A DNA stretch of 64,000 nucleotides from Basidiobolus meristosporus CBS 931.73 (taxonomy: Eukaryota > Fungi > Basidiobolomycota): contig MCFE01000483.1 of assembly GCA_002104905.1 (NCBI GenBank), positions 1 through 64,000 on the forward strand, given 5' to 3'. Made by a program: the position numbers and the translations under genes. Below the pieces are notes generated by a model. It was not told where the DNA came from. It did not search any database and worked only from the letters and a program-made list of their open reading frames with translations. This document shows, in pieces, positions 11,552 to 23,778 of this stretch. Positions within the stretch are counted from its first letter, which is position 1. Every line of letters begins with the position of its first letter.

Positions 11552-12873
11552 GTTGGACTGTCAGTAGTAAGGTTTGAATAATGGAGCACAGAACCTATAG
11601 GGAAGTATTCGAGGGTGAAAGAGAATTCTGCTTAAAGTTAGGTATGCTTTTGAAGTTAAAAAGTCACGTTAAATTGGCAACATATATATTACTTTGCCAT
11701 CATTGCTATTTCAGTAATCCCCACATCATCCTGTTTATATAAATACGTATATATGATATACACATATGAAGAATATCGAGGACGAATGATCGGCCTTTTC
11801 AGCATCATAGATCAGAATTGCCCATCTGGGATCCGAGCCAGATCAAGAAAGCAGTAGGACCTCGGCATCAGGTAGGTGATGGAAGTTGTATACTACCAAC
11901 CGCTTTACCCGAAGGCTCTATATCTTTTGTGTCAGCCATATCTGATTAATTCATCACGATGACGATTTTGATTGTTCCTTTTATTGGTAGAATCCACAGC
12001 CTCCCTTGGCGATATGGTACACCAACAATGGTATCGGCCTTGCGTCGGAACTGGAAGCGTATTTGAAACCTGGTATCCCGATATGTAGCTAGCGTTTGGT
12101 TTTCAGTAGGTAGAGGTACATCGGAAACAAAACACCTTCATGAATATGCCACCAAGTTGCTGAAACTCCGAACCGGATGGCGGATGGAAAACCTATTCAC
12201 ATGTAGCCAATCGAATTGTTCTGTCAGGTGACCGAAATCACGGCGAATTTATAGGTTTCCCAACCACACCCGTGATCACGCTGGCGAATTCACCTGGGCA
12301 GTGGTCAGTTGACACAGTCTGCCGAGTAGTAGTCTACAAGGCATGGATGAGACCCGTCAGAGCAATGGAGACAGACACTACGCATTCGATAGATGTACAA
12401 TCTTGTTGGAAGTAAATTTGGCAACAGACATAATATAATACAATCCGAAATAGCGCCAGAAATTTGAGAAACTATTAAAGAAGAGCCAATAGTGGGAGGA
12501 TCCAGTTGGGAATCACCAGAGTGTGATGCAGGAAATGTAGGTTCCACCCGCCACCAAAGCGAACGTTCTTGAAGTGGCCTGGATGGAAGCCGGTAAGGGT
12601 TTAACCAGTTCTCCGGGTGGAATGTCCTGCTCCAAATTTATCGTACAAATGCGGGAACCCTGTATACTGATTGTCGTTTCTACGAATCGTCCACCATTTG
12701 TATTGAAGTGTTGGAGCTGATTCACAGGAGAGCACACATTATACGTCGGATCCCAACAAGCGGTATTAAAAGAAAATATTAACAAACTCGTGGTATAGCG
12801 GGGTATCAAGATTGCACATATAGCGAAGAAAGGCTCAGTGTTAGATATCAATCCACGCTCATGAATATCTGGT

Positions 12874-13239
12874 TCAAATAAAATACAGTTCTGATTTGTG
12901 CTCTTCAAGGAATAATCGGATCTCCTCATCATTCACCCAGACTCGATAGTCAAGCAGCTTGAGGAACTCCTTCTCCATTCTGCTAACCTCGGCTGGATTG
13001 AATACGCCTGAAGCCTCAGAGATGCTCCTAATCCCCAATCCCTCGGGGCCGTAGAGGTACTTTGAGGCAACCAATATGCTAGCTAGAAATATCCGGTGCG
13101 AAGTGCCATACTCCCCTTGAGCCTTTGCTGGGAGTCGGGCCTTCAATCGATATAAATAGATCAATGCTATGATTCCAGTGAAGATACTAATCTTCGATCG
13201 CTCAGATACTCGGGTTACAAACAACAAGAGCTCGGGCAT
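12874..13239 (-). CDS. Short, divergent Pcl1/2-like cyclin (about 121 aa; an upstream exon is possible)
   Basis: Motifs ALIYLYRLKARLP, HRIFLASILVASKYL and EVSRMEKEFLKLLDYRVWV. First in-frame ATG is 13239; the ORF track starts at a TTG at 13275. Confidence 0.7.
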   Translation of the reverse strand: MPELLLFVTRVSERSKISIFTGIIALIYLYRLKARLPAKAQGEYGTSHRIFLASILVASKYLYGPEGLGIRSISEASGVFNPAEVSRMEKEFLKLLDYRVWVNDEEIRLFLEEHKSELYFI

Positions 13240-16200
13240 CCGTGTATGGCGGAGTGGTCGCTGCTTGCAGTTCAAGATGCCACATAAGAATTCAGTGGTA
13301 AAATCTAGACGCGAGGGTTAATTAGGATGTGCTGGACGCATTGCATCGGTTAATCCGGTGGTCACTTACTTATAAGCGGATCCGGGAATGGCCTATAGAT
13401 GACGGTTTGTTGGGCTGAAAGAACAGTGCAAGACATCTCAGCAGCACTCAGATGTTACCAAGTATTATGAACAAATAGCTCGAATGAAATCTCGAAGAAG
13501 GTAGATGCTTAGGTTGTTCTAATGATGCTATACAAGGTGTCAGTGAGGGGATTCAGCCTTCTTCGAGATTTGTGAATTGGGGGTGTGGGCAAGTGTTCAG
13601 AGTAATTGATTCCACTCCAGGCTGGTAGATAGGTTATATAAGATACGAAAGAGTCACGAGTCACGACTTGATCTAGCGCCCACACTTTTTCATGCGTTTG
13701 TTCCATACATGATGTACAAATTTGTAGAGACACCGCTTTCGTTCAACTGATATAAATGATCTGCTGACCAATTGAAGAATCATATGAATTTACTAATTTG
13801 GCTTAGGATGTTAGGGTTGGAAAGATGGGGTGGTCCAATTTCCTGAGCGAACTCAGCGAAGCAATTTATTTAAATGAAGTGATTATTACAAAAGGCCAGA
13901 TAGTCATTCGAAACTTCGGATTCTAGAGTGATACAGGTTTCTTTTGGAAACGAACAATTGCAATTAAGATATGTGGACACCCACTCGACCCTCTGCTCGA
14001 TACCACCCCTCTAACTCTAGTGACCTGTATCCACCTATCTCTCACACAAAGCCATCCACCACCCTCGTAAGGGAAATAGCTAGATCATACGCAGCCACTG
14101 GTAATATTCGCCACATCTATCATGTCACTTGGGACTGAGACGCTGGTATTAAGTCAGGATACATTAAGTCACAAAGCGTTAAGCTCATATTAAATCAATT
14201 TATCTCCAGATCGCATGTTCCTGGACTATTCTCGGCAGAAATAAGAATCTTGATTTATTTATGGTAATGATCCTGAGATAAGGCCATATTCGGTAGCCAA
14301 AACCCATTAGCTCATAGCCGAGGAGTTATTTCCTAGCCCATGGTTAAGAACCTGATGAAGAGTGTACTCATTAAACCAGTTTCCGTATTGCCTCATCGAA
14401 ACCCTACCCTCTTGAAAACCCATCCTTTAGATGCACCAATATTGGCAGCCTGCCTCAATTAATCCCCAATATTGCCAGCCATAGTCTCTATGGGTTACTA
14501 CAACGTTTATTTTCGGAATCCCAGAAACCGCTGATTTCTGTGGGTACGCATTGGTTGGTCAGGTATGAACGGATTCATTAAGATTCTTTTGGTCGACGCT
14601 TATCTATTGGTTGCAAGTATGCTACTTCGATTACGATCAGTTGTGAGGTGCTGGTCAAGTGAACACTCGTGCGAATTCTATTGCCATCAGAGGTTAATAT
14701 ACACTGAAGGTAATACAATGTACACTACTGGCCGTTTGAGTATTCGTAAGATGTAGTGAATACACACTAAATAATAAATCGATTAGTTGCATCGGCTCCT
14801 GGTGGCCAGAGCCGTAGGAGGAGGTGTATCGACTCAATTTGACGAGGTCTCCTCGTCACTATGCCTCAAGGATAACATATGGTACATTTGGTGATCGGTC
14901 CTCATATGAAGACCTCTTCACCCATAGTGTGGCATGTCAATCCTAAGAGCGGGGAGGGAGTACTTCAAGGCCCGCTCAATCTGATTGCTCAAGTGTTGGT
15001 GAAGGATCTGCTATTCAGGACCCGTATTCTAACCAAAAACTACTCATAATATATCTATATCATATTCTTATACTCCAACATACAGCCAATGAGTTGCGCT
15101 ATGTACCAACAGGTTTTCCATGCGATGGTAACATGCCCTGTTTTTTGAGTTCTTCGAGGATATTTAGGGCAGTGTAAGCAAGCTTGCATACGTGTGATAT
15201 GATTGGCGTGGTGGTAACAAACGAACTATATGATATGCACGGCAATGCATTAAACCCATTGGTCTCACTTACCGCTGAACCAAATAGCATTGTTCCGCAT
15301 GGTGGATAGTACCTTCTGGTGCTGGTAGGTAACCTCAAGCCTTACACAAGCTAGACGAGAGGCCTCAAAGCATTACCAGCGGTTTGATTACTGGAAAAGC
15401 AAGAAGCGCCTACTTCAATCAATAATAGATAGGCATCCATGACTAGAACGAATCTGGCCTGTAATATGTCAAATGATCATATAGCACGGAATTGCCCATT
15501 GTATTAGCCAATTATGTATATTAGTCAGGTTAACGAAACTGTATTTAGTCATATCTAACCTGATAGGATTGTTTGGATGAGCTGAGGGTCCACCCGAAGA
15601 CAAAGAACCGTGAGGGATGCAGTTTATCGCGGCATTGAGCCTGAAAGCGACGTCATGTTATAAATCGAATCCATTTGGCTGATAATTCATTGCTGATAAC
15701 ACGAGAGGTTCTCTACGATTCCGGTGGTGCAATCGATTACACAGGCTGATCCCTTTTGGAATCGTCTGTCTGATTTCTCGTGTAGCTGGGTAAATCTCAA
15801 AATTTCCCATGGTGTACGCTAAACTTGTCTCCGAACCCAAGAGGCCAGAATCGAAACGGGTTCTACTCCAATGGGCATCGTTGCCGAAATGGCGGATTAC
15901 CGTGACATCACCGTTTCTAGGGATTCTCATTGACCAAAAGAATCATTTTTCAGGGCGGACTCGACTAACAGACGCTTGCTGATTGGCCTTGTAGCACCAA
16001 GTGTGACAGAGTGATCCATACTTGAAATAGTCCTACATGGCCAGCTACATAGCTTGCGAAAAATGGGGATCAGTCTGAGGGTGGTTACACCGCACTGCCG
16101 GTCTTATGGTTGGCCAAGCTATGAAGCACAAGGGCAGCCGTTTTCTAGCCAGACACTCGCCTTGGTGTTATCCATAATGTGGGAACTAATCAGCACGCAT

Positions 16201-18175
16201 GCATTTTCAACGCCCGCATCTAAGATAGGCTCAACTGGTCAAATAACCATTTAGCCTCTCACATATAAAGCGTGGGGTAACCCAGCTTGTCCACTAATAT
16301 TGACTACAGGCAATGCCAGGCTGATGATGAATGCTCGCAAAACCAAACATATGTCTGCTTACAAGCGTTTGTAGCTGGATCCTTCGCTTTGTACCACAAC
16401 GAGCTCTGTAAGGAATGCTTAGTTATTTCGCTCAAGCTAGCCTCGTCACACATACTTCATAGTGCAAAGCTGATCCACGACTGCTGGTCTTGCCCTGAGG
16501 TACATTAAGCAGTTTGATGACTGATGTCCTATCAAATCTCTGAGTTCGATGGGTGTCAGTATCATCGGAAATCATTCTGTAAATGAGGGAGAATGCAGGG
16601 TCATCGATTTGACTCCATTGCCATCAAGTATCTATGAATTTCCTGCTCCCTGATACAAAATGAAATCATACAACAATCATTCGTTTAAAGATCAAAATGA
16701 TCCGATGAAGATGTACCGCACATGGTGGCTGTTCTTGATGTACATCTTGATTTATGCTAATATAACCAGATGAAGTAAAGCTGATGTGGAAGATTGATTA
16801 AAAGATACTGTTGTTCGATCCGGAATCTCCCTACTGCTATGTTTACCTTTTCCCTCAGCCAACTTGGGGTAATCATATGGGTGCCCACAGCAAGTTTACC
16901 CAGTATATAGTACAATAAATACTCATCGCTTACAATGGCACAAGATATAGATAATCCATGGTTAAGTAATCTGGTACCATCAAGTCCAACTGAAATATCT
17001 CAGATGTATCATCCCACCGAGCTGACAGGTTACTTTCAAACGAGTTCAGCTAGATGCCAATGATAACAGACGGCCAGACGCCAGAAAGCTTCTAGTGCTT
17101 GCTTCTAGCCGAATTTTTTCAAACACGGGAGCGCTTCCTCTATCTGTCCTGAATGCAAGACCCTTGAAGAATGGCAACCTAATGGCTTCGATGGCTTCTT
17201 TATCTGGTTTGCTGCGGAAGACTCCGTACTGATACTAGATTTGAAATTTACGAGGCTGCTGGTTGGTAAGAGCTTGCAAAATATACTTGCAGAAAGCCAG
17301 TGTTTTGCTGGATGTTGTCAAGCCAATGAACTCCGTGTAATGTCTAATAAAAGAATTGTTTGCCGTAAACACACTTGTTTTATTCTTTGGAAGTGTAACC
17401 AGTACGATGTTGTAAAGTTGCTCCGGATGTCGCAATGTAAACTGCAGTTTCAAATAAACTGCTCAAATTGAATACAGTAGTACAGTCGGACATGAGATGA
17501 GCAATTTGCAGAAACCATTGGTGGACTAGACTTTTTGGTAGAGATTGAACTCAACTGGTTTAACAAGCTAATGTGAGTTTATATTTGCCAGAACCTTGGA
17601 TTATTAATAAGATGCTCCTGCTGCTAGGTGCATGGTAGAATACCACCTGAGTATTAGAAAGAATTCAAATCTTGATATTCTCACCTCTATAGTCAACACT
17701 TGATAATTCAACAAGCAACTAGTTATGAGGTATAATAACTTATAATTGCAAGAGAGGGGCCCATGTAAAAAGACGGAGATGTTTGTAAAAGTAGTAATGT
17801 GTGTGTTCGAGGATGTTGTCAAGGATAATATTCTTCAGTAACTTTCTGAACAAGTTTCCTCAATCAAAAGCTGCAAATATCAAACTTCAATCAATCCAAA
17901 GCTTTCCAATTATGACTATTGACATCTATATTAAAAAGCAAAATACACAACTAGCATTGGTGCTCAAGTGAATCAAGCTTGAGGTAGTAGACAAGCTTGT
18001 TGTAGCTGGGGTGGCAATACTGACAATCAATGCAACTTACTGTAGTGAACACACTCAGGTATACATTATTGCCACAGCAGTAGAGCAATGAGTGGACTAA
18101 AAAAACTGCATGTAATAATTTGCAACTGTTTTAAGAGTTCTGGACTTGAGGTTGAATTTACACCTGTATTGTTTA

Positions 18176-18483
18176 TAGTCATCAGGGCTTTGGAGATATT
18201 GGAAGTGTTTGGGAGAACAGATATATTCTTTGAATTTCACTTCAAGATTATTGAATGTGAAAATAGTATTTAGAACCTGACAATGCAGGTCCCAAAAACA
18301 TGTATGCCAAGTCTGGGGACTCTTACACAACCTTGAGAGATCTTGTGCTCTGGTACTAAGTAGTTTGCTCCAAGTATCCTAATTAAGTCCCAACAAGAAA
18401 GTTGGGCAAAATACACAAAGGATAGTGGACTTTAATCTAATTGACCAAGTGAATATTTTGGCGTACTCACAGAATTGACAACA
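18176..18483 (-). mobile_element. Degenerate solo LTR in inverted orientation
   Basis: Reverse complement begins TGTTGTCAATT and contains TTCTTGTTGGGAC, TTCACATTCAATAA and TGTTCTCCCAAACACTTCCAATATCTCCAAAG. The lower boundary is approximate. Confidence 0.7.
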
Positions 18484-18489
18484 GTATTT

Positions 18490-18834
18490 TGTTGTAAAAA
18501 GTTTGCAATTACATCTAAATACTCACTTAGTCTCTCAGATCACTACCCGCAAATCTTAGAGAGCTCTGACTAAATTCCTTGTTGGTATTTACTGAGAATA
18601 TTTTCACCAAAATATCAGGTACCTTGAACACTAAATTTTGATAAGTGGTCTAAGCAGCCCCTAGCTTAGTACACATGCTCTTGCAACCTTCTTAAACACA
18701 TTTTGTGTGTTTGTTTTGCCAAGGCCATGTAAAAGTATAAATACTGCTTCTACATTCAATAAATCATCAGGTGAAAATCACATAATCTACCTGTTCTCCC
18801 AATCACTTCAAATATCTCCAAAACTCTTACAACA
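18490..18834 (+). mobile_element. Solo LTR (345 bp) with near-perfect TSD
   Basis: TGTTGTAA...TTACAACA termini, flanked by TATTT (18485-18489) and TATTC (18835-18839). Confidence 0.85.
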
Positions 18835-19016
18835 TATTCACCCCTGAGTTTTTCATTGCCCTGTAAAATATGACTGTAATGATCTTTACAAAACTGAAAT
18901 CATGTGACTGAGAGGTAGTGATGCAATTAGGACCAATATAAAAGCCATAAGGATTACACCTCAATAGTCTCTAAGTTGATTTTGATTTGCTCTATGCTGT
19001 TTCTCTCACTTCCTGA

Positions 19017-19349
19017 TGTTGTAAAAAATTCGTATTTCCACCTAAATATTCACCTAACTTAGTCACTTAGATCATCACCTTCAAATCCTAGAGAATACTG
19101 ACCAAATCCCTTGTCGGGATTTACTTAGAATATTTACCCAGAACATGAAAATTAGATAAGTTGTCCAAACAGCCCCAAACTTTGCACACATGTTCTTGGG
19201 ACCTTCCTTAACCTATTCTACGTGTTTGTAATGCCAAGACCAGGTAAAAGTATAAATACTACTTTTACATTCAATAAATCATTAAGTGAAAACCACATAA
19301 TCTACTTGTTCTCCCAATCACTTCCAATATCTCCAAGACTCTTACAACA
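19017..19349 (+). mobile_element. Solo LTR (333 bp) with perfect 5-bp TSD CCTGA
   Basis: TGTTGTAA...TTACAACA termini, with CCTGA at 19012-19016 and 19350-19354. Very similar to the 5' LTR at 61352-61700 apart from a 17-nt internal deletion. The ORF track gives the same peptide at 19222 and 61573. Confidence 0.92.
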
Positions 19350-19373
19350 CCTGATACTAGACACTCAATCTTC

Positions 19374-19720
19374 TGTTGTAATTTTTGTAATTACACCTAA
19401 ATATTTGCCTAGCTTAGCCACTTAAATCACAGTCTACAAATCTTATAGAATCTAGCTCAAATTCCTTGTTGGGATTTACTTGGGATATTTTCACCAAAAC
19501 ATCAGCCACCCAGAACATGAGAAATACCAAAGTTACTCAAACAGTCCCAAACTTTGCACACATGTTCTCAGGACCTTTTTAAGCATATTTTAAGTGTTTA
19601 TTCTGCCAAGGCCATGTAAAGTACAGATACTACTTTTACATTCAGTGAATCATTAAGTGAAAACCAAATCATCTACCTGCTGTCCCAATCATGTCCTATA
19701 TCTCCTAAATCCTTGATGTT
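19374..19720 (+). mobile_element. Degenerate solo LTR
   Basis: Starts TGTTGTAATT and is colinear with the family consensus. The 3' end is degraded and approximate. Confidence 0.75.
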
Positions 19721-22700
19721 CAAACTCAACCTAAAATCAAGAACTCCCAAAACAGTTAGAAATTACTTTGTGCTGCTTTTTTAATTCACCCATTGCTCTA
19801 CTGCAAGGGCAACACTGTGCATTTGAGTGTCTTTACCATGATTCCTGCCCTGTGCATACAGTCCCTAACAATGTTGTGCTGGCTAACAACCAAAAAATCT
19901 GTATTTCAGTGGTGAGGTTTTATCTGAAGGCACAGCGGAGTCCATATATTTGCAAAGCTACTATACATCATTGTTCTCTCTAGCCCTGTTTTTTGAGGGA
20001 TAAACGTTCTGCAATAACATTGAAAAACACAATGAGCAGTTGCTGCTTTCTGGAAGTATTTAGCCTTAATATTAAGCAAGTTTAATTGATCTAGTTCTTG
20101 ACTTGTTTACGGAATAGTTGGTAGTGCGCATACCGCTTTGTTTTACGAAATGATCCAGAAATATGAAGCTAGCAATGAATATCACACTCTTTATGAGATA
20201 ATTTAACCAGTGGTCAGATATTATACTACCTATGAGTAATCAACAAGCCGAAAGTCCCACACTCCATATATACATATTCATTGAGCTACACATTCCGGTA
20301 TTCATCTACATAACGTAATGTAAATTCCCTTACAGATTGCCACAGAAAAATCACGCATTGTTATAAGCACTCTGGACAGCTACCTAGCACCCGACCCTAC
20401 TCTCATATTTTGCCATGTATCTGAACGCTATGCACATAAACATAGATGGAAGCTGTAGACCTCAGAGACTCTTGAGCATACTTGAGTGATGAGCAATGAC
20501 CCGACTAGTATTAGCAGCGAAATGTATCCAACAAGTGAAACTGGGCATTTGTACATTTATGGAGTGCTGGGGGCATTCACAGGTTTCCATGCAGACATCC
20601 ACGTGTCAAAGCCCTGTGGAGGCACCTACCGAATCAATCAACAAAGGGTTACGAAGTTATATAGAGTTAGGGCTTTTGAGTGACTTTGATTGTGCTGACA
20701 CTGGTATCTTCATTCTCAGGGAACGTTCCAAAAATTCTCGAGATTTTAGTTTTCACGAATCCCAATTGATGTGATGAAGTTCGTAATCAGTTACGAGGTG
20801 CTATCAAAGCTCGTTACGGTATTAAAGAGATCGCCAACTTCTGATCTTACTACGTCGAAAAATCCAGATGGCCGGGCTTGAATCCTGCCAAATAGACTAC
20901 ATAGCTGAAGCTAAATCAAAGGTATTCAAATCAAGGATACAGTGACAAGAGGTTTAGGCAACATGGATGGAGAACGCTGGTTGATGAGTAACCCCGATGC
21001 AATAGATCAATATGTGATCGAATATCTGCAGTTGCTACATTTTGAGATCAAAAAATTCCCAACCCTAGCTCTCCAACAGAACCCATCATTGAGTCAACCC
21101 TATATCACAACCCCAACCATGCTGGTGGTACAAATGTCGAGGAATTATGAGCCACAGGATGGAATACCAATTACCAAATGCGTCGAACGACGCAGATGCT
21201 GAAGATGGATATTCGAGTGGCCCGAAAGCCATCGAAACTCTTACAAACCGATTCTTTGGAGTCGTTTATAGGGTTTTTCGCTACTCAATCTATTACTCCT
21301 GTATATGTTGCTGGAGGTTCGTGTCACCAAAAACGGTGCTGTCTTCCAAAAACCGTCTACAGGTTAGGAAAAGCAAGGAGTAGGCCAGTAGCCCACTTTT
21401 AGCATAATGGCATTGACTAGCGACACTATGTTGTATACTATTAATGCAAACGCATGGAACTGACGAAAATGTGACATGGTTATGATATGCTCAGTCCACC
21501 ATACCATGATGTAGGTATGCAACAACACTGAACAGCCTCAGAAGGCTTCATGTTTCTATCCAACTTACTTGTTGAGGGTGTGCTTGAAATAGATTGGTGT
21601 CACCGCGTAGAAAAATGGCTTTGATGCGTCTGCATTTGATTGCTTCCATGGTCTGGCTCTATGTAAGGATCTACTTCACGCACTAGCAGCCACAAGAAGC
21701 GGATATTTAATAGTTGATTGGATCTGTTCAGCGTGAAATCGCCGGCTGCATGAATGACATCATCGAGGACCAAAGGCGGTTTGGTAAGACGACAAGTACT
21801 AGAGGAGAGTGGCTCCAGGTACCTAGAATAAAAATATGGATTATGGCCATTCTTGTCCTCCAAATTATAGCTCAGTGGCAACGACAAGGCGGTGGCACAT
21901 GCATTGAGGTGGTTCCCTCATCTCCCCAAGCACGGGTGATCAGTGTCCAATGTATATAGTCTGTGAACAGTAAGTCATGTGGTGCAAGTACTGACGGCAG
22001 CTTCATAGATATAAGTTCGCATGATGGAAAGTAGCCAGTAGAGGAATAATCAGGCTATGAAAAGACTGGGAATGTCGGCTGATGGTGTACACATATAGAT
22101 ATATACATCCATTCTATGGTGGATGCTACCTCCCTAGTAGATTTAGTCAGCTTGGAAGATCTCAGGCAAATAAAAAGGTATACTTATGTAAATTCTGATT
22201 CAGGTGGCCCTCGTGAGTGTTACAATGTGTAAAATTAGGAAAAGGGGAATCAGCCGTGCTTGCATTCATATGATCCTGACAGGATGGTTTGTTTGTTACT
22301 GAGAAGGTTTCATCTCAACGCTTACTCTATGGAGTACTAGTCCAATGCATTGTAGAGCATGTGGCAAATGAAAGCTGCAACTCGTCAATATCTACAGCCT
22401 CCAGTGCTGAGAAGAGCCCACACCAGGCCATTTCAGCCAGTCTACTTTGCGAAGCAGTCTAACATGCCGTCAGTGGTACCCTCTTCTGCTTTGTGAAGGC
22501 TGTCTTCATGTATGCCCTCTATGGTGGTTGGTGAATGGTTTAGCCGTGAGATATATCATTCGCATAGCAACCTGTGTAGTCCAGAACCATTATTGAAATG
22601 CTGTAGAACTCGAGCAATTTAGAAGAGATATATATATGTAGTTTCAGTTTGATCAAGGGCCCAGCCATATATTAAGTCTTGGGAGTGGTGCAATGTGTTG

Positions 22701-23778
22701 GACTAATAAATGTAGTGAAAATTTATAGACCATATACTTAAAATGGTTATGGGTAATTTGGGTCCCAGCCCCATCCATGGCCAGGATCGCGCCGATTGTT
22801 TGGTAGTCGTTGCCATAGAATGGAATTGAATCGGATATGTAACAGCAGAGCTTAGCAGAACCCAATGTGACTGTTGCCACGGACAACACCCAAAGCCCAA
22901 CTCTACCTTATCGCTCGTCCGCACCATCACTGAACACACACCCCTGTCCATGCAACCATTCCTTATCACCTCGCCATTAATAGCACGCCATTGCTATTGG
23001 TTCATGCTCTTCAGAGAGTCGCTTGTATTTATCCTGTATAACCTAGATACTAGGAGCGCCTTTTCAAGTATGTTGTGGAATGAATCAAGTGGGAGACTTA
23101 AATTACAGTTCATGACATCGGTCTCCTTGAAATTTCGACCACAAACATGCTGCAAGTTGCACAATGGATTGCTTAAGATGGGCAAGCAGAAATTAAGTGT
23201 CACTTGGAATGAATTTCCCAATAGACCGTTGTTCACTATATATAAATTCATGCCCATATCCGGCCCTCCCTACCTAATATGTACAGTGTCTTAATGACCT
23301 CCTCGAATTCTCAAACAGTGAGTGGATGGAAATTACTTGGATACCATTATTAACATGGCCTATTGGGAGTTGCGCTGGCAGGTGCTGGCAGAGCAAATGA
23401 CTAGAGGCTTCAGGATATTGTATTTCGGTGGAATGCGGTGCAATATCAGCTCCTCTTCCCCTCGCAAACAATCGAATTTGGCATATTTTCCAAGGATGGC
23501 TCAAGATCAAGATGAAAATTGCTCCCAAACAAATTGTAACACAAGATTCATGCCGGTTTTCTAGGTTACCAGCTCCTCAATGGATAAAGCGAAAACATAT
23601 AAATCCTACCGATTTTCGTTCTCAAAACTTGTTAAAGAACTGCACAAGACATATTTCGGTAGGTAAGGTTCGCTTTCTCAGCCCTAGCCCGTCTCAATCT
23701 TCAATCCTTCCAACCTCTCCTTCTTAAGCTCTGAGTCTTTGAGAGACCTTAGCGCCGCCTTTACTTTCTACGTTTAAT

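Noticed and set aside
14793-14814. GC-rich hairpin CGGCTC(C)TGG-TGG-CCAGAGCCG, considered as a Helitron 3' end
   Set aside because: No CTRR terminus at the expected distance and no second copy in the window.
15099-15930. Minus-strand fragments resembling the C-terminus of a flavin oxidoreductase (LEVTYQHQKVLSTMRNNAIWFSG)
   Set aside because: Too fragmentary, and no continuous gene model could be built.
20496-21400. Fragments with GT34-like motifs (DTGIFILR and DQYVIEYL)
   Set aside because: They are spread over three frames and the motif match is weak. May be a pseudogene but cannot be supported.
21868-21940. TAGCTCAGTGG, resembling a tRNA A-box
   Set aside because: No T-loop GTTCRA and no acceptor-stem pairing downstream.
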